The notes beneath the pieces were generated by a model. It ran no database searches. It was not told where the DNA came from and saw only the letters and a program-made list of their open reading frames with translations. DNA of 64,000 nucleotides from an uncultured Alphaproteobacteria bacterium (GTDB lineage: Bacteria > Pseudomonadota > Alphaproteobacteria > HIMB59 > GCA-002718135). A program made the position numbers and the translations under genes. The stretch is taken from the NCBI GenBank assembly GCA_902512325.1, contig CABXIT010000003.1, forward strand, positions 4,416-68,415, written 5' to 3'. Shown here one piece after another: positions 10,001 through 23,703 of this stretch. The first letter of the stretch is position 1, and each line of letters opens with the position of its first letter.

Positions 10001-11286
10001 AGAGAGCAGTAAGTATAGAAAATTCTCAAATTGAAATGATTTCTAGAGATAGAGATGATGAACTAGATATTTTAAGAAAAAGTTTTGGTAACCATTTAAA
10101 AGAAATTCTAATAGGTAAAACATATATATCTGGTTTAAGTAATCTTGAAAAAAATAGCAAACTCAGATTTGATGAACTAGATTTATTAAATGTAAATGAT
10201 TTAATGAAAATTAATATTCAAGAAGAAAAAACAACATCACAAGTTGAATCTTTAATAAAAAATTATGAAAATCAACTAGGTAATATTAATCAGAAGTTTG
10301 AAAATAAAATTGATAAAATACAAAGTGGAGATGAACTTTTACCTGGTGTTTTAAAACTTATTAAGGTTTTTATTGCAGTTAAAAGAAAACTTCAGCCAGG
10401 AGATAAAATGGCAGGCAGACATGGAAATAAAGGTGTAATATCAAAAATTTGTCCCGTTGAAGACATGCCGTATCTTGAAGATGGAAGGCCTGTTGATATT
10501 GTGCTCAATCCATTAGGTGTGCCTAGCAGAATGAACATTGGTCAAATATTAGAAACACATTTAGGCTGGGCATCTGCATCCCTTGGCAAACAAGTATCTG
10601 AAATGATTTCAAAAATGAAAATTGAAGGTCAAACAAATGATTTAAAAGATAAATTACTTCAAATTTATGAGCAAAAAAATCATAAAGATAAAATAAATAC
10701 AATGAATGAAGATGAATTGCTTGAACTTGCTGAAAATTTAAAAGATGGTGTTCCTTTTGCGACCCCGGTATTTGATGGTGCGAAAGAGAAGGATATAACT
10801 TCACTTCTTCAACAATCTGGAATGTCTACATCGGGACAGGAAATTTTATATGATGGTATAACAGGAGAAAAATTTGAAAGACCTGTAACTGTTGGGTATG
10901 TTTATATGTTAAAACTTCATCATTTAGTAGATGAAAAAATTCATGCGAGATCTATTGGCCCTTATAGTTTAGTAACGCAACAACCTCTAGGGGGAAAGGC
11001 GCAATTTGGTGGTCAAAGGTTTGGTGAAATGGAAGTTTGGGCTTTAGAAGCTTACGGAGCTGCATACACATTACAAGAGATTTTAACAATAAAATCTGAT
11101 GATGTTGCTGGTAGAACAAAAGTTTATGAGTCAATTGTCAAGGGGGATAATAATTTTGAATCTGGAACTCCAGAATCATTTAATGTTATGGTTAAAGAGT
11201 TAAGATCTTTGGGATTAAACCTTGAGTTTAAACAAAGTAAAGAAGAATTAAATAAAATAGAAGCAATGGTGACTAATAATGAATAA
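7078..11286 (+). CDS. rpoB: DNA-directed RNA polymerase beta subunit
   Basis: About 1402 aa from the ATG at 7078 ([16 protein letters not shown]). The track's TTG at 7039 lies inside the hairpin loop. Full-length RpoB conservation ([26 protein letters not shown]). Confidence 0.98.
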   Translation: MSLDYINSKKIRKSFGKIPLVSSLPNLVEVQKRSYDNFLQLTVDPDKKEDTGLHAIFKSVFPINDYTERATVDYVSFDIGIPKYDVDECSQRGMTYGAPLLVNFRLIIWDIDEIAGTKSVRDIKEQEVFMGDIPLMTKDATFVVNGTERVVVSQMHRSPGVFFDHDYGKTHTSGKYLYNSRIIPYRGSWLDFEHDAKNNIHARIDRKRKFPVTTLLKCLLGSRSESYISECEEKKIDPDPKKILGMSGEEILSTFYKSIQYKKDKFGWKYKIDLSFYKGKILNYDLIDQKNGKILISKGTKVNLKNIRELDSKVGKNLCIESNSMLGMYIASDLIDEKSGKIFYEAGYEIDQEFLDFIESSKINKIDILKIDNIEIGSYIRSSLQLDKARSREEALFEVFKILRPGEPPTIETAELLFNNLFFNKDRYDLSSVGRLKINSKFKKNTEITKRVLDKTDIIDVVKHMHDLIDGKGEVDDIDHLANRRVRSVGELLENQYRVGLLKMDRAIKERLSSLEVDNIMPQDIINSKPVAASIKEFFGTSQLSQFMDQTNPLSEITHKRRVSALGPGGLNRERAGFEVRDVHQTHYGRICPIETPEGANIGLINSLASYSRINHYGFIETPYRIVNNGKVTDKVIYLSAINEEDFVIAQANSEVDNKGIFLNEVISCRKNGEFINAQVNAIDLMDVSPQQLVSVASSLIPFLENDDANRALMGSNMMRQAVPLIKPKAPLVGTGMEFTVAKDSGSTVVAKREGVVDQLDANRIVIRVTDKKDDSLNKIDIYNLLKFQRSNQNTCINQRPLVSVGDKVFKNQVIADGPATELGELALGRNVLVAFMPWNGYNFEDSILISEKVVQDDVFTSIHVEEFEVMARDTKLGPEDITRDIPNAGEEMLINLDETGIVYIGAEVSSGDILVGKVTPKGESPMTPEEKLLRAIFGEKAADVKDTSLRVPPGVKGTVVEIRVFSRRGIEKDERAVSIENSQIEMISRDRDDELDILRKSFGNHLKEILIGKTYISGLSNLEKNSKLRFDELDLLNVNDLMKINIQEEKTTSQVESLIKNYENQLGNINQKFENKIDKIQSGDELLPGVLKLIKVFIAVKRKLQPGDKMAGRHGNKGVISKICPVEDMPYLEDGRPVDIVLNPLGVPSRMNIGQILETHLGWASASLGKQVSEMISKMKIEGQTNDLKDKLLQIYEQKNHKDKINTMNEDELLELAENLKDGVPFATPVFDGAKEKDITSLLQQSGMSTSGQEILYDGITGEKFERPVTVGYVYMLKLHHLVDEKIHARSIGPYSLVTQQPLGGKAQFGGQRFGEMEVWALEAYGAAYTLQEILTIKSDDVAGRTKVYESIVKGDNNFESGTPESFNVMVKELRSLGLNLEFKQSKEELNKIEAMVTNNE

Positions 11287-14200
11287 AGAATTAATGAATA
11301 TTTTTAACCAAAATTTAGGTGTTCAAAACTTTAACAGCCTAAAAATTTCAATAGCTAGTCCTGATGACATAAGGTCATGGTCGTTTGGTGAGATTAAAAA
11401 ACCAGAAACCATTAATTACAGAACATTTAAACCCGAAAAAGATGGATTGTTTTGTTCAAGAATTTTCGGACCTGTAAAAGATTATGAATGTTTATGTGGA
11501 AAATACAAAAGAATGAAGTTTAGAGGCATTATTTGTGAAAAATGTGGAGTAGAAGTAACATTGTCAAAAGTTAGACGTGACAGAATGGGCCATATTGAGC
11601 TTGCTGCACCAGTTTCACATATATGGTTTATGAAGTCTCTTCCAAGTAGAATAGCTACATTGCTTGATATGACAATTAAAAATTTAGAGAAGGTTCTTTA
11701 TTTTGAACAGTTTATTGTTGTTGAGCCAGGTTTAACAGATTTAAAAAAAGGTGATATTATTTCTGAAGATCAATTTATTGATTATCAAGACGAATATGGC
11801 GAAGATTCATTTAGCGCAGCAATTGGAGCTGAAGCAATTGAACAAATGCTTATAAATATTGATCTTGAAGCTGATTTTAATCAAACAAAAAATGATCTTC
11901 TAGAAACAAAATCTGAACTAAAAAAAACAAAACTAACGAAAAGATTAAAATTACTTGAGTCTTTTATAGTTTCAAAAAACAAACCCGAATGGATGATATT
12001 AAGAGTATTGCCAGTCATACCACCAGAATTAAGACCATTAGTACCTCTAGATGGTGGAAGATTTGCTACTAGTGATTTAAATGATCTTTATAGAAGAGTT
12101 ATAAATAGAAATAATAGGTTAAAAAGACTAATTGATCTACGAGCTCCAGATATAATTATAAGAAATGAAAAAAGAATGCTTCAGGAGTCTGTAGATGCTT
12201 TATTTGATAACGGAAGAAGAGGGCGGATAATAACTTCTACAAATAAACGTCCATTAAAATCTCTATCTGATATGCTTAAAGGTAAGCAAGGCAGATTTAG
12301 ACAGAACCTTTTAGGTAAAAGAGTTGATTACTCAGGAAGATCAGTAATTGTAGTAGGTCCAAATCTTAAATTACACCAATGCGGTCTTCCAAAAAAAATG
12401 GCATTAGAATTATTTAAGCCTTTTATTTTTCATAAACTGGATATTTATGGCTGGGCCAATACTATTAAAGCTGCAAAAAAATTAGTTGAAAAAGAAGATC
12501 CAAGGGTATGGGATATACTTGAGGAGGTAATTAGAGAGCATCCTGTTCTGCTAAATAGAGCACCTACTTTACATAGATTGGGTATTCAGGCTTTTGAACC
12601 AGTTTTAATAGAAGGAAAATCAATTCAGTTACATCCTTTAGTATGTACAGCTTTTAATGCCGATTTCGATGGCGATCAAATGGCTGTTCACGTTCCTTTA
12701 AGTCTCGAAGCTCAATTAGAGGCTCGAGTACTTATGATGAGTACTAACAATATACTTTCTCCATCTAGTGGAAAGCCTATAATTGTGCCATCTCAGGATA
12801 TTGTTTTAGGAATTTATTATTTATCGATTATGAGAAATAATCAAAAAGGTGAAGGTAGAAATTTTCTTGATACAAATGAAATATTAAAAGCAGTTGAATT
12901 AAAAGATATTAGTCTTCACTCAAAAATCAATGTAAGAATTAAAAACTTTGATGGTTCATTTGCAAAGGTAGAGACAACCGCAGGAAGAATGTTATTAGCT
13001 GACTCTCTACCTAATAATGAAAAAATAAATTTCAGTTTAATTAATAAAATTCTTACAAAAAAAGAAGTTAGTAATTTAATCGATACAGTTTATCGTTTTT
13101 GTGGACAAAAAGAAACAGTTCTTTTTGCAGATAGTATAATGCAAATAGGTTTTAAATACGCAGCTATTGCAGGCATTTCATTTGGAAAAGATGATTTAAT
13201 TATTCCAGAAGAAAAACAAATACTACTTGATGAAACTCAATCCAAAGTTCAAGAATATGAAAATCAATATCAAGATGGTCTGATTACTCAGGGTGAAAAA
13301 TATAACAAAGTAGTTGATGCATGGTCAGAATGTACAAATAAGGTTGCTGATAAAATGCTAGATGTAATTTCAAATCCAGAAGATGATAAGCCTATTAACT
13401 CAGTATATATGATGGCTCATTCGGGAGCTCGTGGTTCTGCTGCTCAATTAAAGCAACTTGCTGGTATGAGAGGCTTAATGGCAAAGCCATCTGGTGAGAT
13501 TATTGAGAACCCTATCAAATCTAATTTTAAAGAAGGTTTGTCAGTTTTAGAATATTTCACTTCAACGCATGGAGCTAGGAAAGGTCTTGCCGACACAGCT
13601 TTAAAAACAGCTAGTAGTGGATATTTAACAAGACGGTTGGTAGATGTTGCTCAAGATGCTGTTATAAGAGAGTTAGATTGTGGAACTAATAATGGTGTAA
13701 TGGTTGAAGAAATTGTTGACTCTGGCAATATAACATCACCATTATCAGAAAGAGTTCTTGGAAGAACACCTTCAGATGATATTCAAGGTATAAAAAATAA
13801 TATTATTATACAAGCTGGTCAAATAATTGAAGAAAAACATCTTGAGGAAATTAAGGATTCAGGATTGAGATCAATGAAAATTAGATCTGTATTAACATGT
13901 GAAACTGAAGATGGAATTTGTTCAAAGTGTTATGGAAGAGATTTAGCAAGAGGAACTGAAGTTAACATTGGTGAGGCTGTAGGGATTATTGCTGCTCAAT
14001 CAATTGGAGAACCTGGTACACAGCTAACAATGAGGACATTCCATATTGGCGGAGCTGCAAGTTCTTCTGTTGAACAATCTAATGCTGCTGCTCCTATACA
14101 AGGAACTGTTAAATTTGAAAATATAAGATTTATTAACAATAAAGCTAATAATAAAATTACACTTAGTCGAAATGCTAAAATTAAAATACTGTTAGATGAT

Positions 14201-15409
14201 GATGAAAAATTTTCATTTAACATACCTTTCGGCTCAAAGTTATTTGTAGAGGACAACCAGAAAGTTAAAGTTAATGATCTTTTAGCAGAGTGGGATCCTT
14301 ATACTCTTCCAATTATAGCTGAAAAAGATGGGATAATAAATTATGTTGATCTTCAACAAGGAATTTCTTTTAGAGAATCAATTGATGATACAACAGGAAT
14401 TTCAAGTAAGATAGTTATAGATTGGAGCCAGAATCCAAAATCAAAGAATTTTAAGCCAGCTATAAATATTGTTAAATTTTCCGATGAAAAAAATGAAATT
14501 GAGGAAGATTTTATTAATTACCCTATGTCAATTGATTCAATTCTTAGTGTTGAGGATGATCAAGAAGTTTCAGCTGGACAGGTTTTAGCAAGAATTCCAA
14601 AAGAATCTTCTAAGACTAAAGATATAACTGGAGGCCTTCCAAGAGTTGCTGAATTATTTGAGGCCAGAAAACCAAAAGACCCGGCGATAATGTGTGAAAT
14701 TGATGGACAAATTTCTTTTGGAAAGGATTATAAAAATAAAAGAAGATTAGTAATAACAGGCGTTGATGAAGAAAATACTTTTGAGACTTTAATACCCAGA
14801 TCTAAATATTTAAATGTACAGGAAGGTGATTTTGTAAAAAAAGGTGATATATTAGTTGAGGGAACACCTGTGCCTCATGACATTTTACGAATTTTAGGTG
14901 TTGAAGAACTCGCAAGATACTTAGTTAAAGAAGTACAAGCTGTATATAAACTTCAAGGTGTTTATATTAATGATAAACACATAGAAACTATTGCCAGACA
15001 AATGTTGCAAAAAGTTCTAATTAAAGATCCAGGAGACTCATCTTTAATTGCAGGGGAGCAGATTCAGAAAAGGGATGCTCTAAAGATAAATAAAATACTA
15101 GAATCTGAAGGTAAAAAAATTGTTATTTCTGAACCTGTTCTTTTAGGTATTACAAAAGCAAGTCTTCAAACTTCTTCATTTATATCTGCTGCATCATTTC
15201 AAGAAACTACAAAAGTTTTAACTGATGCTGCAACAGTTGGTAAAATTGATACTTTATCTGGACTTAAAGAGAATGTTATAGTTGGACGATTAATTCCTGC
15301 AGGAACTGGGAAAATGACTTCTGAGTATGAAAAAATTGCTAAAGTTAGAGATCAAGAAATAACAGAGCAAAGAAGTAACTTGAAAGAAAATAATGAAATA
15401 TCATCATGA
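11279..15409 (+). CDS. rpoC: DNA-directed RNA polymerase beta' subunit
   Basis: 1376 aa. Zn-finger [16 protein letters not shown] and catalytic [12 protein letters not shown]. Overlaps rpoB by 8 nt. Confidence 0.99.
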   Translation: MNKELMNIFNQNLGVQNFNSLKISIASPDDIRSWSFGEIKKPETINYRTFKPEKDGLFCSRIFGPVKDYECLCGKYKRMKFRGIICEKCGVEVTLSKVRRDRMGHIELAAPVSHIWFMKSLPSRIATLLDMTIKNLEKVLYFEQFIVVEPGLTDLKKGDIISEDQFIDYQDEYGEDSFSAAIGAEAIEQMLINIDLEADFNQTKNDLLETKSELKKTKLTKRLKLLESFIVSKNKPEWMILRVLPVIPPELRPLVPLDGGRFATSDLNDLYRRVINRNNRLKRLIDLRAPDIIIRNEKRMLQESVDALFDNGRRGRIITSTNKRPLKSLSDMLKGKQGRFRQNLLGKRVDYSGRSVIVVGPNLKLHQCGLPKKMALELFKPFIFHKLDIYGWANTIKAAKKLVEKEDPRVWDILEEVIREHPVLLNRAPTLHRLGIQAFEPVLIEGKSIQLHPLVCTAFNADFDGDQMAVHVPLSLEAQLEARVLMMSTNNILSPSSGKPIIVPSQDIVLGIYYLSIMRNNQKGEGRNFLDTNEILKAVELKDISLHSKINVRIKNFDGSFAKVETTAGRMLLADSLPNNEKINFSLINKILTKKEVSNLIDTVYRFCGQKETVLFADSIMQIGFKYAAIAGISFGKDDLIIPEEKQILLDETQSKVQEYENQYQDGLITQGEKYNKVVDAWSECTNKVADKMLDVISNPEDDKPINSVYMMAHSGARGSAAQLKQLAGMRGLMAKPSGEIIENPIKSNFKEGLSVLEYFTSTHGARKGLADTALKTASSGYLTRRLVDVAQDAVIRELDCGTNNGVMVEEIVDSGNITSPLSERVLGRTPSDDIQGIKNNIIIQAGQIIEEKHLEEIKDSGLRSMKIRSVLTCETEDGICSKCYGRDLARGTEVNIGEAVGIIAAQSIGEPGTQLTMRTFHIGGAASSSVEQSNAAAPIQGTVKFENIRFINNKANNKITLSRNAKIKILLDDDEKFSFNIPFGSKLFVEDNQKVKVNDLLAEWDPYTLPIIAEKDGIINYVDLQQGISFRESIDDTTGISSKIVIDWSQNPKSKNFKPAINIVKFSDEKNEIEEDFINYPMSIDSILSVEDDQEVSAGQVLARIPKESSKTKDITGGLPRVAELFEARKPKDPAIMCEIDGQISFGKDYKNKRRLVITGVDEENTFETLIPRSKYLNVQEGDFVKKGDILVEGTPVPHDILRILGVEELARYLVKEVQAVYKLQGVYINDKHIETIARQMLQKVLIKDPGDSSLIAGEQIQKRDALKINKILESEGKKIVISEPVLLGITKASLQTSSFISAASFQETTKVLTDAATVGKIDTLSGLKENVIVGRLIPAGTGKMTSEYEKIAKVRDQEITEQRSNLKENNEISS

Positions 15410-15423
15410 TTTGCATATATTTC

Positions 15424-15452
15424 TTGACTTTTTAGCCCTCAATTAATAAAGA
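15424..15452 (+). promoter_or_regulatory. Candidate promoter of the str/ribosomal supercluster
   Basis: TTGACT (15424-15429), 17 nt, then TAAAGA (15447-15452), within the 103-nt gap upstream of rpsL. The -10 element is weak. Confidence 0.35.
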
Positions 15453-15512
15453 CCTGCTACTTTTTGTTGATGGTAGTGGAAAATTAATTCCAAACACTTA
15501 ACAGGGGAAAAT

Positions 15513-15884
15513 ATGCCGACTATAAACCAGTTAGTTAGAAAAGGAAGAACTACCCAGAAGAAAAGGAATAAAGTTCCGGCTTTGGGTGCTTGTCCTCAAA
15601 AAAGAGGCGTATGTACTAGAGTTTATACAACCACTCCAAAAAAACCAAATTCAGCGCTTCGTAAAGTAGCTAGGGTTAAACTTACTAATGGACAGGAGGT
15701 ATCTGCATACATACCTGGAGAGGGCCATAATCTTCAAGAGCACTCTGTTGTTCTACTTAGAGGAGGTAGAGTAAAAGATTTACCTGGTGTTAGATACCAC
15801 ATTTTAAGAGGAACTTTAGACACACAAGGTGTCAGTGCACGAAAACAAAGACGTTCTTTATACGGCGCAAAAAAACCTAAATAA
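15513..15884 (+). CDS. rpsL: 30S ribosomal protein S12
   Basis: 123 aa. [12 protein letters not shown] and [14 protein letters not shown] are S12 signatures. Confidence 0.99.
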   Translation: MPTINQLVRKGRTTQKKRNKVPALGACPQKRGVCTRVYTTTPKKPNSALRKVARVKLTNGQEVSAYIPGEGHNLQEHSVVLLRGGRVKDLPGVRYHILRGTLDTQGVSARKQRRSLYGAKKPK

Positions 15885-15886
15885 AT

Positions 15887-16357
15887 ATGTCAAGAAGAAG
15901 AGCTGCAGAGAAAAGAATTGTATTACCTGATCACAAATTTAAGGACATTATACTTGCAAAATTTATGAATAGAATCATGATTGATGGAAAAAAATCTACT
16001 TCAGAAAGAATAGTATACGGCGCATTTAAGATTTTGTCAGAAAAAACTGATAAAAGTCCAATTGATTTTTTCCATGAAGCACTTGACAACGTAAAACCAA
16101 GTCTTGAAGTACGATCGAGAAGAGTTGGTGGAGCTACATATCAGGTACCAATGGAAGTTAGACCCAGAAGAGCCCAAACTTTAGCAATGAAATGGATGGT
16201 GGATTCAGCAACTAAAAGAAATGAAAAAACTATGCGAGAGAGAGTTGCAAATGAGATTTTGGATGCATTTAATAATAAAGGTAATTCAGTAAAAAAACGT
16301 GAAGAAACTCATAAAATGGCAGAAGCAAACAGAGCCTTCTCTCATTTTAGATGGTAG
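15887..16357 (+). CDS. rpsG: 30S ribosomal protein S7
   Basis: 156 aa. Conserved S7 sequence ([16 protein letters not shown]) and str operon order. Confidence 0.98.
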   Translation: MSRRRAAEKRIVLPDHKFKDIILAKFMNRIMIDGKKSTSERIVYGAFKILSEKTDKSPIDFFHEALDNVKPSLEVRSRRVGGATYQVPMEVRPRRAQTLAMKWMVDSATKRNEKTMRERVANEILDAFNNKGNSVKKREETHKMAEANRAFSHFRW

Positions 16358-16363
16358 CAAAAA

Positions 16364-18442
16364 ATGTCTAGAACCCATAATTTAGAAAAATATAGAAATA
16401 TTGGTATTATGGCACATATTGATGCGGGGAAGACAACAACAACAGAAAGAATTTTATATTACACGGGAAAATCACACAAAATAGGTGAGGTTCATGATGG
16501 TGCAGCAACTATGGATTGGATGGAACAGGAGCAAGAAAGAGGTATTACAATTACCTCTGCCGCTACTACCTGTTTTTGGAATGATTATAGGGTAAATATT
16601 ATTGATACACCTGGACATGTTGATTTTACAATCGAAGTTGAGAGATCTCTTAAGGTGCTTGATGGTGCAGTAGCTGTTTTTGATGGTGTGGCAGGTGTTG
16701 AACCACAATCAGAAACTGTTTGGCGTCAAGCAGATAAATATAATGTCCCTAGGATGTGTTTTATAAATAAATTAGATAGAACTGGAGCAAACTTTTTTAT
16801 GTGTGTAGACATGATACCTGAAAGATTAGGCTCTTATCCTCTTGTATTACAACTCCCCATAGGTATTGAGAGTGATTTAAAAGGTGTAGTTGATTTAGTA
16901 TCAAACAATGCTATCGTTTGGCATGATGAAAGTCTTGGTGCGAAATTTGATATTGTTGAAATACCTGAAGATCTAAAAGAACAAGCGAAAGAATATAGAG
17001 AAAAATTAATTGAAAAGGTCGTTGAAGAAGATGATAGTATTATGGAGTCATATTTAGATGGAAATGAGCCTTCAATTGATGATTTAAAAAAATGTATTAG
17101 AAAAGGAACAATTAAGGGATCATTTGTGCCTGTATTAACAGGTTCAGCATTTAAAAATAAAGGAGTACAGCCTTTACTTGATGCAGTAATTGATTACATG
17201 CCATCACCTATTGATGTTGCTAGTGTTCGAGGAGTAGATGTAGATGATGATTCTAAAGAACTTACTAGAAAATGTGATGATAGCGAACCTTTTAGTGCTT
17301 TAGCCTTTAAAATTATGACCGATCCTTTTGTAGGTAGTTTAACATTTACAAGAATTTATTCTGGAACAATAAATACAAAAGATACTGTTTTAAATTCTAA
17401 TTCTGGAAAAAAAGAAAATATTGGTAGAATGCTTTTAATGCATGCAAACAATAGAGAGGAAATTAAAACTGCTAATGCTGGCGATATTGTAGCTTTAGTT
17501 GGTTTGAAAGACGTAACAACAGGAGAAACATTATGTTCAACTAATGAACCAATAGTTTTGGAGAGAATGGATTTCCCTGACCCTGTTATTGAAGTAGCTG
17601 TTGAACCAAAAACAAAAGCAGACCATGAAAAAATGGGCACAGCTCTCGGTAGGTTGGCTCAAGAAGACCCAAGCTTTAGAGTTACCACTGATCATGAAAG
17701 TGGGCAAACAATTATAAAAGGTATGGGTGAGCTTCATCTTGAGATTTTGGTAGATAGAATGAAAAGAGAGTTTAAAGTAGAAGCTAATGTTGGAGCGCCT
17801 CAAGTTGCTTATAGAGAGACAATATCTAGCTCATTTGATGTTGATTATACACATAAAAAACAATCTGGTGGAGCGGGACAATTTGCAAGGGTAAAGATAA
17901 CTTTTGAGCCTGGTGAACCAGGTAGTGGATACGAATTTATTAATAAGATCAAAGGTGGAAATATTCCTACTGAATTAATACCTGGAGTGCAAAAAGGATT
18001 AGTTGCACAACAACAAACTGGTGTTATGGCGAGCTTTCCTTGTATAGACTTTAAAGCAACTTTAACTGATGGTGCTTACCATGATGTAGATTCAAGCGTT
18101 CTAGCATTTGAAATTGCTGCAAGAGCTGCATTTAGAGAAGGTATTGCTAAAGCAAATCCTGTTCTTTTAGAACCAATGATGAAAGTTGAAGTTGTAACAC
18201 CTGAAGAATATATGGGTGATGTTATTGGAGATTTAAATAGTAGAAGAGGTCAAGTTCAGGAGATGTCAACTAGAGGAAATGCAAATGTTGTAGATGCAAT
18301 GGTTCCCCTTGCAAATATGTTTGGATACGTAAATAATCTTAGATCTCTAACTCAAGGTAGAGCTAATTACTCAATGCAATTTGATCATTATGAGCAAGTA
18401 CCATCAAATGTTGCAGATGAAGTAAAGGCAAAGTTAGCATAA
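16364..18442 (+). CDS. fusA: Elongation factor G
   Basis: 692 aa. [17 protein letters not shown] and NKLD motifs, with EF-G domains II-V. Confidence 0.99.
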   Translation: MSRTHNLEKYRNIGIMAHIDAGKTTTTERILYYTGKSHKIGEVHDGAATMDWMEQEQERGITITSAATTCFWNDYRVNIIDTPGHVDFTIEVERSLKVLDGAVAVFDGVAGVEPQSETVWRQADKYNVPRMCFINKLDRTGANFFMCVDMIPERLGSYPLVLQLPIGIESDLKGVVDLVSNNAIVWHDESLGAKFDIVEIPEDLKEQAKEYREKLIEKVVEEDDSIMESYLDGNEPSIDDLKKCIRKGTIKGSFVPVLTGSAFKNKGVQPLLDAVIDYMPSPIDVASVRGVDVDDDSKELTRKCDDSEPFSALAFKIMTDPFVGSLTFTRIYSGTINTKDTVLNSNSGKKENIGRMLLMHANNREEIKTANAGDIVALVGLKDVTTGETLCSTNEPIVLERMDFPDPVIEVAVEPKTKADHEKMGTALGRLAQEDPSFRVTTDHESGQTIIKGMGELHLEILVDRMKREFKVEANVGAPQVAYRETISSSFDVDYTHKKQSGGAGQFARVKITFEPGEPGSGYEFINKIKGGNIPTELIPGVQKGLVAQQQTGVMASFPCIDFKATLTDGAYHDVDSSVLAFEIAARAAFREGIAKANPVLLEPMMKVEVVTPEEYMGDVIGDLNSRRGQVQEMSTRGNANVVDAMVPLANMFGYVNNLRSLTQGRANYSMQFDHYEQVPSNVADEVKAKLA

Positions 18443-18750
18443 TGGAATCTCAAAACATTAGAATTAGATTAAGAGCTTTCGACAATACACTTCTTGATAA
18501 TAGTACAGGAGAAATAATTGATACTGCAAAAAGAACTGGAGCAAAAGTAAAGGGTCCAATACCTTTACCAACTAGATTCGAAAAATTTACAGTAAACAAG
18601 TCTCCACATGTAGATAAAAAAAGTCGTGATCAATTTGAGATAAGAACACACAATAGATTAATTGATATTATTGATCCAACACCACAAACAGTTGATGCTC
18701 TAATGAAACTTGATTTATCAGCTGGTGTAGAAGTAGATATAAAGATTTAA
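18442..18750 (+). CDS. rpsJ: 30S ribosomal protein S10
   Basis: 102 aa. IRIRLRAFD...[13 protein letters not shown]. Its start overlaps the fusA stop (TAATG). Confidence 0.98.
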   Translation: MESQNIRIRLRAFDNTLLDNSTGEIIDTAKRTGAKVKGPIPLPTRFEKFTVNKSPHVDKKSRDQFEIRTHNRLIDIIDPTPQTVDALMKLDLSAGVEVDIKI

Positions 18751-18752
18751 AC

Positions 18753-19400
18753 ATGAAAAAAAGAACTGGTTTAATCGCGACAAAAATTGGCAATAGTTCA
18801 TATTACAATGAAAATGGAAATGTCATTCCTGTCACAGTGCTTAAAGTTGATGAATGTATTGTATCAAATATTAAAACTTTAGAAAAAGATGGCTACTCTT
18901 CAATCCAAGTAGTTTCAATCAATGGCAAATCTGATATTAAAAAAATAAAAAAACCTCAACAAAAATTATTTGCAAATATAAAATCAGATCCAAAAAAAGT
19001 TATTAAAGAATTCAGAATTGATCCAGAAAATAAATTAGAGATTGGAACAAAATTAAATGTATCTCATTTTAAAAAAGACCAATATGTTGATATTACATCC
19101 AAATCAATAGGTAAGGGTTTTGCTGGAGTAATGAAAAGGCACAATTTTGGGGGATTACGAGCTTCTCACGGAGTTTCAGTATCACATAGATCTCATGGTT
19201 CTACTGGTCAAAATCAGGATCCAGGAAAAGTGTTTAAAGGAAAAAAAATGGCAGGGCACATGGGATCAAAACAAGTAACTAAACAAAATCTTAAAGTCAT
19301 AGATGTAGATGAAGAAAATAAAATTCTTATCATTAATGGTTCTGTCCCCGGAAGAAAAAATTCGGTTGTTTTTGTAAATGACTCTGTAAAGAAAAATTAA
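18753..19400 (+). CDS. rplC: 50S ribosomal protein L3
   Basis: 215 aa. L3 motif (GKGFAGVMKRHNFGG) and S10 operon order. Confidence 0.97.
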   Translation: MKKRTGLIATKIGNSSYYNENGNVIPVTVLKVDECIVSNIKTLEKDGYSSIQVVSINGKSDIKKIKKPQQKLFANIKSDPKKVIKEFRIDPENKLEIGTKLNVSHFKKDQYVDITSKSIGKGFAGVMKRHNFGGLRASHGVSVSHRSHGSTGQNQDPGKVFKGKKMAGHMGSKQVTKQNLKVIDVDEENKILIINGSVPGRKNSVVFVNDSVKKN

Positions 19401-19401
19401 A

Positions 19402-20025
19402 ATGAAAAAACAAGTTGTGAATCTAGAAAATAAAAAAGTAAAAGATTTAGATATCAATATAAACGTTTTTGGAATTAAGCTTTTTCCAGATATCATTCAT
19501 CAATACATTAGATATCAAAACGCTAAATCAAGACAAGGCACTCATAAAACTAAATCCAGATCTGAGGTAAACGGAAGAGCAAAAAAACCTTTTGCTCAAA
19601 AAGGCACTGGTAATGCAAGGCAAGGAAGTAGTAAACCGCCTCACTTTAGAGGTGGAGCAATATCTATGGGACCTGTTCAAAGAGATCATTCATTTTCACT
19701 AAATAAAAAAGAAAAAAAACTAGCTTTAAAATCTGCACTATCCTCAAAGTTACTTGAAGACAATATTATATTCTTAGACACGTTGGAAATTAAAAATTAT
19801 AAAACAAAAGAGTTAGTTGCTAAACTTAATAATTTTAATTTTAATACTGCATTGTTTGTTTATGGGGATGAAAAAATTGATGATAATTTTAAAAAAGCAT
19901 CTTCAAATATACCTCATGTTTCAATTCTTAGTTGCAGTGGAATAAATGTTAAGGATTTAATTTCAAATCATAAAATTTTTATTGATGAAAAATCAATAAA
20001 TCAAATAACTAAAAGATTATCATGA
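19402..20025 (+). CDS. rplD: 50S ribosomal protein L4
   Basis: 207 aa. L4 motif (KPFAQKGTGNARQGS) and operon order. Confidence 0.96.
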   Translation: MKKQVVNLENKKVKDLDININVFGIKLFPDIIHQYIRYQNAKSRQGTHKTKSRSEVNGRAKKPFAQKGTGNARQGSSKPPHFRGGAISMGPVQRDHSFSLNKKEKKLALKSALSSKLLEDNIIFLDTLEIKNYKTKELVAKLNNFNFNTALFVYGDEKIDDNFKKASSNIPHVSILSCSGINVKDLISNHKIFIDEKSINQITKRLS

Positions 20026-20336
20026 AAATAAAAAAAACAATATCTGATGAAAAAGCATTTAGCATTATCCATAAACCTATGTTGACAGAGAAATCAACAA
20101 ACCTTAATCAATTTAATCAATATACGTTTGTAGTTGATAAAAACTCTAATTCTCATGAAATTCAGCAAGCAATTGAAAAAATATTTAAAGTTAAGGTTAC
20201 CAAAATCAATACTTCAATAATTAGAGGAAAGGTAAAGTCTTTCAAAGGCAATATAGGATATAAAAAAGATTTAAAAAAAGCAATTGTGACTCTAGCTGAT
20301 GGAAATACAATTGATTCATCATTGGAGATCAAATAA
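20022..20336 (+). CDS. rplW: 50S ribosomal protein L23
   Basis: 104 aa. L23-like sequence ([11 protein letters not shown]...[10 protein letters not shown]). 4-nt overlap with rplD. Confidence 0.95.
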   Translation: MKIKKTISDEKAFSIIHKPMLTEKSTNLNQFNQYTFVVDKNSNSHEIQQAIEKIFKVKVTKINTSIIRGKVKSFKGNIGYKKDLKKAIVTLADGNTIDSSLEIK

Positions 20337-21157
20337 TGTTAATAAAACTAAAACCTAACACACCAGGTCAAAGAGGCACTGTTTTAGTATCCAAAAAACA
20401 TTTATCTAAAGACAAGCCTTACAAAGCACTTACAAAATCAAAACATTCTACTGGCGGAAGAAATAATCAGGGAAGAATTACATCACGAAGAATGGGTGGT
20501 GGTGTAAAAAGAAAATATAGAATTATAGATTTTAAAAGAAATAAATTTGATATTAATGCTGAAGTTATTAGAAACGAATATGATCCTAATAGATCTTCAT
20601 TTATTTCACTTATAAAATATGAAGATGGTGAATTCAGATATATTTTGTCTCCAAAAAATATATCTGTAGGAGATAAAGTTTCTTCAGGAATTAATGTTGA
20701 GATAAAAGATGGAAACTGTCTACCACTAAAAAATATACCCATTGGTACATATGTTCATAATATTGAATTAAAGCCAGGCGCTGGAGGACAACTAGTAAGA
20801 TCCGCAGGAACATCTGCTCAAATTGTTTCAAAAGAAGATCTTTATGTGCAAATAAAATTAGTTTCAGGTGAGATAAGATTGATAAATAAAAATTCTATGG
20901 CTACTGTTGGAGTTTTATCTAATGCAGACAATAAAAATGTTAAACTAGGTAAGGCCGGTAGAAAAAGATATTTGGGATCTCGGCCAAAAGTCAGAGGTGT
21001 TGTTATGAATCCTGTAGATCACCCTCATGGTGGTGGTGAGGGAAGAACATCAGGAGGTAGACACCCAGTAACTCCATGGGGAGTATCTACAAAAGGAAAG
21101 AAAACAAGAAGTAATAAAAAAACTAACACATTTATTATTAGAAGAAGGAAAAAATAA
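20336..21157 (+). CDS. rplB: 50S ribosomal protein L2
   Basis: 273 aa. [17 protein letters not shown] is the L2 signature. Confidence 0.98.
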   Translation: MLIKLKPNTPGQRGTVLVSKKHLSKDKPYKALTKSKHSTGGRNNQGRITSRRMGGGVKRKYRIIDFKRNKFDINAEVIRNEYDPNRSSFISLIKYEDGEFRYILSPKNISVGDKVSSGINVEIKDGNCLPLKNIPIGTYVHNIELKPGAGGQLVRSAGTSAQIVSKEDLYVQIKLVSGEIRLINKNSMATVGVLSNADNKNVKLGKAGRKRYLGSRPKVRGVVMNPVDHPHGGGEGRTSGGRHPVTPWGVSTKGKKTRSNKKTNTFIIRRRKK

Positions 21158-21435
21158 TGGCAAGATCTGTTTGGAAAGGACCATTTGTTGATATTAATTT
21201 GCTTAAAAAAGCAGAAAAGGTATCTGAGTCTGGTAGAAAAGAAGTTATTAAAACTTGGTCAAGAAGATCAACTGTCCTTCCTCAATTTGTTGGACTAACA
21301 TTTGGTGTATACAATGGTCAAAAATTCGTTCCTGTAAGCGTTACTGAGCATATGGTTGGACATAAATTGGGAGAATTTTCACCAACAAGAAATTTTAAAG
21401 GGCACACTGCTGCAGATAAGAAAGCAGGTAAATAG
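21157..21435 (+). CDS. rpsS: 30S ribosomal protein S19
   Basis: 92 aa. [12 protein letters not shown]...[11 protein letters not shown]. Confidence 0.98.
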   Translation: MARSVWKGPFVDINLLKKAEKVSESGRKEVIKTWSRRSTVLPQFVGLTFGVYNGQKFVPVSVTEHMVGHKLGEFSPTRNFKGHTAADKKAGK

Positions 21436-21438
21436 TTT

Positions 21439-21807
21439 ATGAGTTTGGAAAATACATCAATCGCTAGAGATAACACAGTTAGAGTTAGTCAGCTAAAACT
21501 GGCTAATATAACTAGACTGATTGTTAATCAAAAGGTTAATAAGGCAGTTGAACAACTAAAATTTTCAAATAAAAGAGTTTCTCAAAATGTTTTAAAAGTA
21601 TTAAATTCAGCAATAGCGAATGCAGAAAATAATAAGCAATTAGATATTGATAATTTATATGTAAAAGAAGCATATGTTGGAAAAAGTTTAAGTATGAAAA
21701 GGTTTCGCCCAAGAGCCAAAGGTAGAGCTTCTTCCATTTTAAAACCTTTTAGCAAGTTAACTATAATCTTAGAAGAGAGAACAATTAATAAAGAAGGAAA
21801 AAAATAA
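21439..21807 (+). CDS. rplV: 50S ribosomal protein L22
   Basis: 122 aa. L22-like sequence ([17 protein letters not shown]) and operon order. Confidence 0.95.
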   Translation: MSLENTSIARDNTVRVSQLKLANITRLIVNQKVNKAVEQLKFSNKRVSQNVLKVLNSAIANAENNKQLDIDNLYVKEAYVGKSLSMKRFRPRAKGRASSILKPFSKLTIILEERTINKEGKK

Positions 21808-21809
21808 TT

Positions 21810-22487
21810 ATGGGACAAAAAGTTAATCCAAACGGTATCAGATTAGGAATTAATAAGACATGGTCATCAAGATGGTTTTCAAATTCTGAGTATTCAAAGC
21901 TCTTACATCAAGATTTAGAAATTAAGAATTTTGTTGAAAAAAAATTAAAAAATGCCAGTATTGCAAAAGTTAATATTGAAAGAGCCGCAAAAAAATTGAG
22001 AATTTCAATTTATAGTTCTAGACCCGGTATTATTATTGGAAAAAAGGGCGCAGATATAGAAAGTCTTAAAAAGAAATTATCATCCTTATCAAATTTAGAA
22101 GTCTTCCTTGATATTAAAGAAGTTAGAAAACCAGAAGTTGAAGCTAAGCTTGTAGCTGAAAATATAGCAAACCAACTTGAAAGGCGTATATCTTTTAGAA
22201 GGGCTATGAAAAAAGCTGTTCAATCATCTATGAGATTAGGAGCAAAAGGAGTTAAAGTTGTATGTAGTGGAAGATTAGGTGGAGCAGAAATTGCTAGAAC
22301 TGAAAAATATCACGAAGGGAGCGTTCCTCTTCATACACTTAGAAGTGACATAGATTATGCTCAAGCTGAAGCAGAAACTACATACGGTATATGTGGAATA
22401 AAAGTTTGGATTAACAAAGGGGACATACTTGCGAAAGATCCCTATGCAAGTGAAAAAAAACAAATTGAAATGGGAAGTGTAAGATAA
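21810..22487 (+). CDS. rpsC: 30S ribosomal protein S3
   Basis: 225 aa. [13 protein letters not shown] with a KH domain, and [10 protein letters not shown]. Confidence 0.98.
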   Translation: MGQKVNPNGIRLGINKTWSSRWFSNSEYSKLLHQDLEIKNFVEKKLKNASIAKVNIERAAKKLRISIYSSRPGIIIGKKGADIESLKKKLSSLSNLEVFLDIKEVRKPEVEAKLVAENIANQLERRISFRRAMKKAVQSSMRLGAKGVKVVCSGRLGGAEIARTEKYHEGSVPLHTLRSDIDYAQAEAETTYGICGIKVWINKGDILAKDPYASEKKQIEMGSVR

Positions 22488-22903
22488 TGAATATGCTATC
22501 TCCAAAAAAGACTAAGTTTAGAAAACAATTTAAAGGAAGAATTCATGGCAATGCTAAAGGTAATTATGCTCTTAATTATGGGAGTTTTGGTCTAAAAGCT
22601 ATGCAACCAGAAAGAATTACTTCAAGACAAATTGAGTCTGCCAGAAAAGCAATTACAAGACATTTAAAAAGAGCAGGAAAAATGTGGATTAGAATATTTC
22701 CAGATGTTCCAGTTTCAAAAAAACCCGCAGAGGTAAGAATGGGTAAGGGAAAAGGTTCAAATGAATATTGGGCATGTCGTGTTAAACCTGGAAGAATTAT
22801 GTTTGAGATTGACGGTGTAAATGTTGATGATGCTAAAAAAGCTATGACTTTAGCAGCAGCCAAATTACCAATTAAATGTAAATTTGTTGAGAGAAATATA
22901 TGA
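22487..22903 (+). CDS. rplP: 50S ribosomal protein L16
   Basis: 138 aa. [15 protein letters not shown]...RMGKGKG. Confidence 0.98.
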   Translation: MNMLSPKKTKFRKQFKGRIHGNAKGNYALNYGSFGLKAMQPERITSRQIESARKAITRHLKRAGKMWIRIFPDVPVSKKPAEVRMGKGKGSNEYWACRVKPGRIMFEIDGVNVDDAKKAMTLAAAKLPIKCKFVERNI

Positions 22904-23100
22904 TAGAAAAAAAATCAAACAAAACTGATTTAACAAAAATAAGAGCAGAAGTTATTGATCTTAAAAAAGCGCTTATGAATTTAAAATTTCAGAAATCTAC
23001 TGGTCAATTAGAAAAAACTTCAGAGATTAAAAAAACAAAATTAAAAATAGCTAGACTTAAAACAAATATCACAAAAATTTTAGGAGTCCAAAATGCCTAA
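22900..23100 (+). CDS. rpmC: 50S ribosomal protein L29
   Basis: 66 aa basic helical protein in the canonical slot between rplP and rpsQ. Confidence 0.9.
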   Translation: MIEKKSNKTDLTKIRAEVIDLKKALMNLKFQKSTGQLEKTSEIKKTKLKIARLKTNITKILGVQNA

Positions 23101-23335
23101 AAGAGTATTATCCGGAACTGTAATTTCATCAAACTCTAATAAAACGATTGTAGTTAAAGTTACTCGAAGGGTTAAGCATAAATTATATAAAAAGATTATT
23201 AGTTTATCTAAAAATTATCATGTACACGATGAAGACAATCAATTTAAGAGTGGTGATACAGTTAATATAATTGAATCAAAACCAATATCAAAATTAAAAA
23301 AATGGATTGTTTTTAACAATAAAGGTGATCAATAA
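23093..23335 (+). CDS. rpsQ: 30S ribosomal protein S17
   Basis: 80 aa. [16 protein letters not shown]...[13 protein letters not shown] is S17-like. Confidence 0.95.
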   Translation: MPKRVLSGTVISSNSNKTIVVKVTRRVKHKLYKKIISLSKNYHVHDEDNQFKSGDTVNIIESKPISKLKKWIVFNNKGDQ

Positions 23336-23703
23336 TGATACAGATGCAATCAAATCTTTTTGTGGCTGATAACTCTGGAGCTAGAAGGGTTCAGTGCATT
23401 AAAGTATTAGGTGGGTCTAAAAGAAGATTTGCTTCTATAGGTGACATAATTGTTGTTTCTATTAAAGACGCTATTCCGCGTGCAAAAGTAAAAAAAGGTG
23501 AAGTTTTTAAAGCAGTTATAGTAAGAACGACTAAGGCTTTTGGTAGATCTGATGGTTCATCAATAAAATTTGATAAGAATGCAGCAGTGCTTTTGGATAA
23601 GCAAGAAGAACCAATTGCAACTAGAATTTTTGGCCCAGTCACAAGAGAGCTTAGAACAAAAAAATTTATGAAAATAATTAGTCTTGCTCCAGAGGTACTT
23701 TAA
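23335..23703 (+). CDS. rplN: 50S ribosomal protein L14
   Basis: 122 aa. [17 protein letters not shown]...[11 protein letters not shown]. Confidence 0.99.
   Translation: MIQMQSNLFVADNSGARRVQCIKVLGGSKRRFASIGDIIVVSIKDAIPRAKVKKGEVFKAVIVRTTKAFGRSDGSSIKFDKNAAVLLDKQEEPIATRIFGPVTRELRTKKFMKIISLAPEVL

Noticed and set aside
18440-18445. Expected second tuf copy between fusA and rpsJ
   Set aside because: The fusA stop and rpsJ start overlap (TAATG), so there is simply one tuf at 2702-3892. This is a normal variant, not an anomaly.
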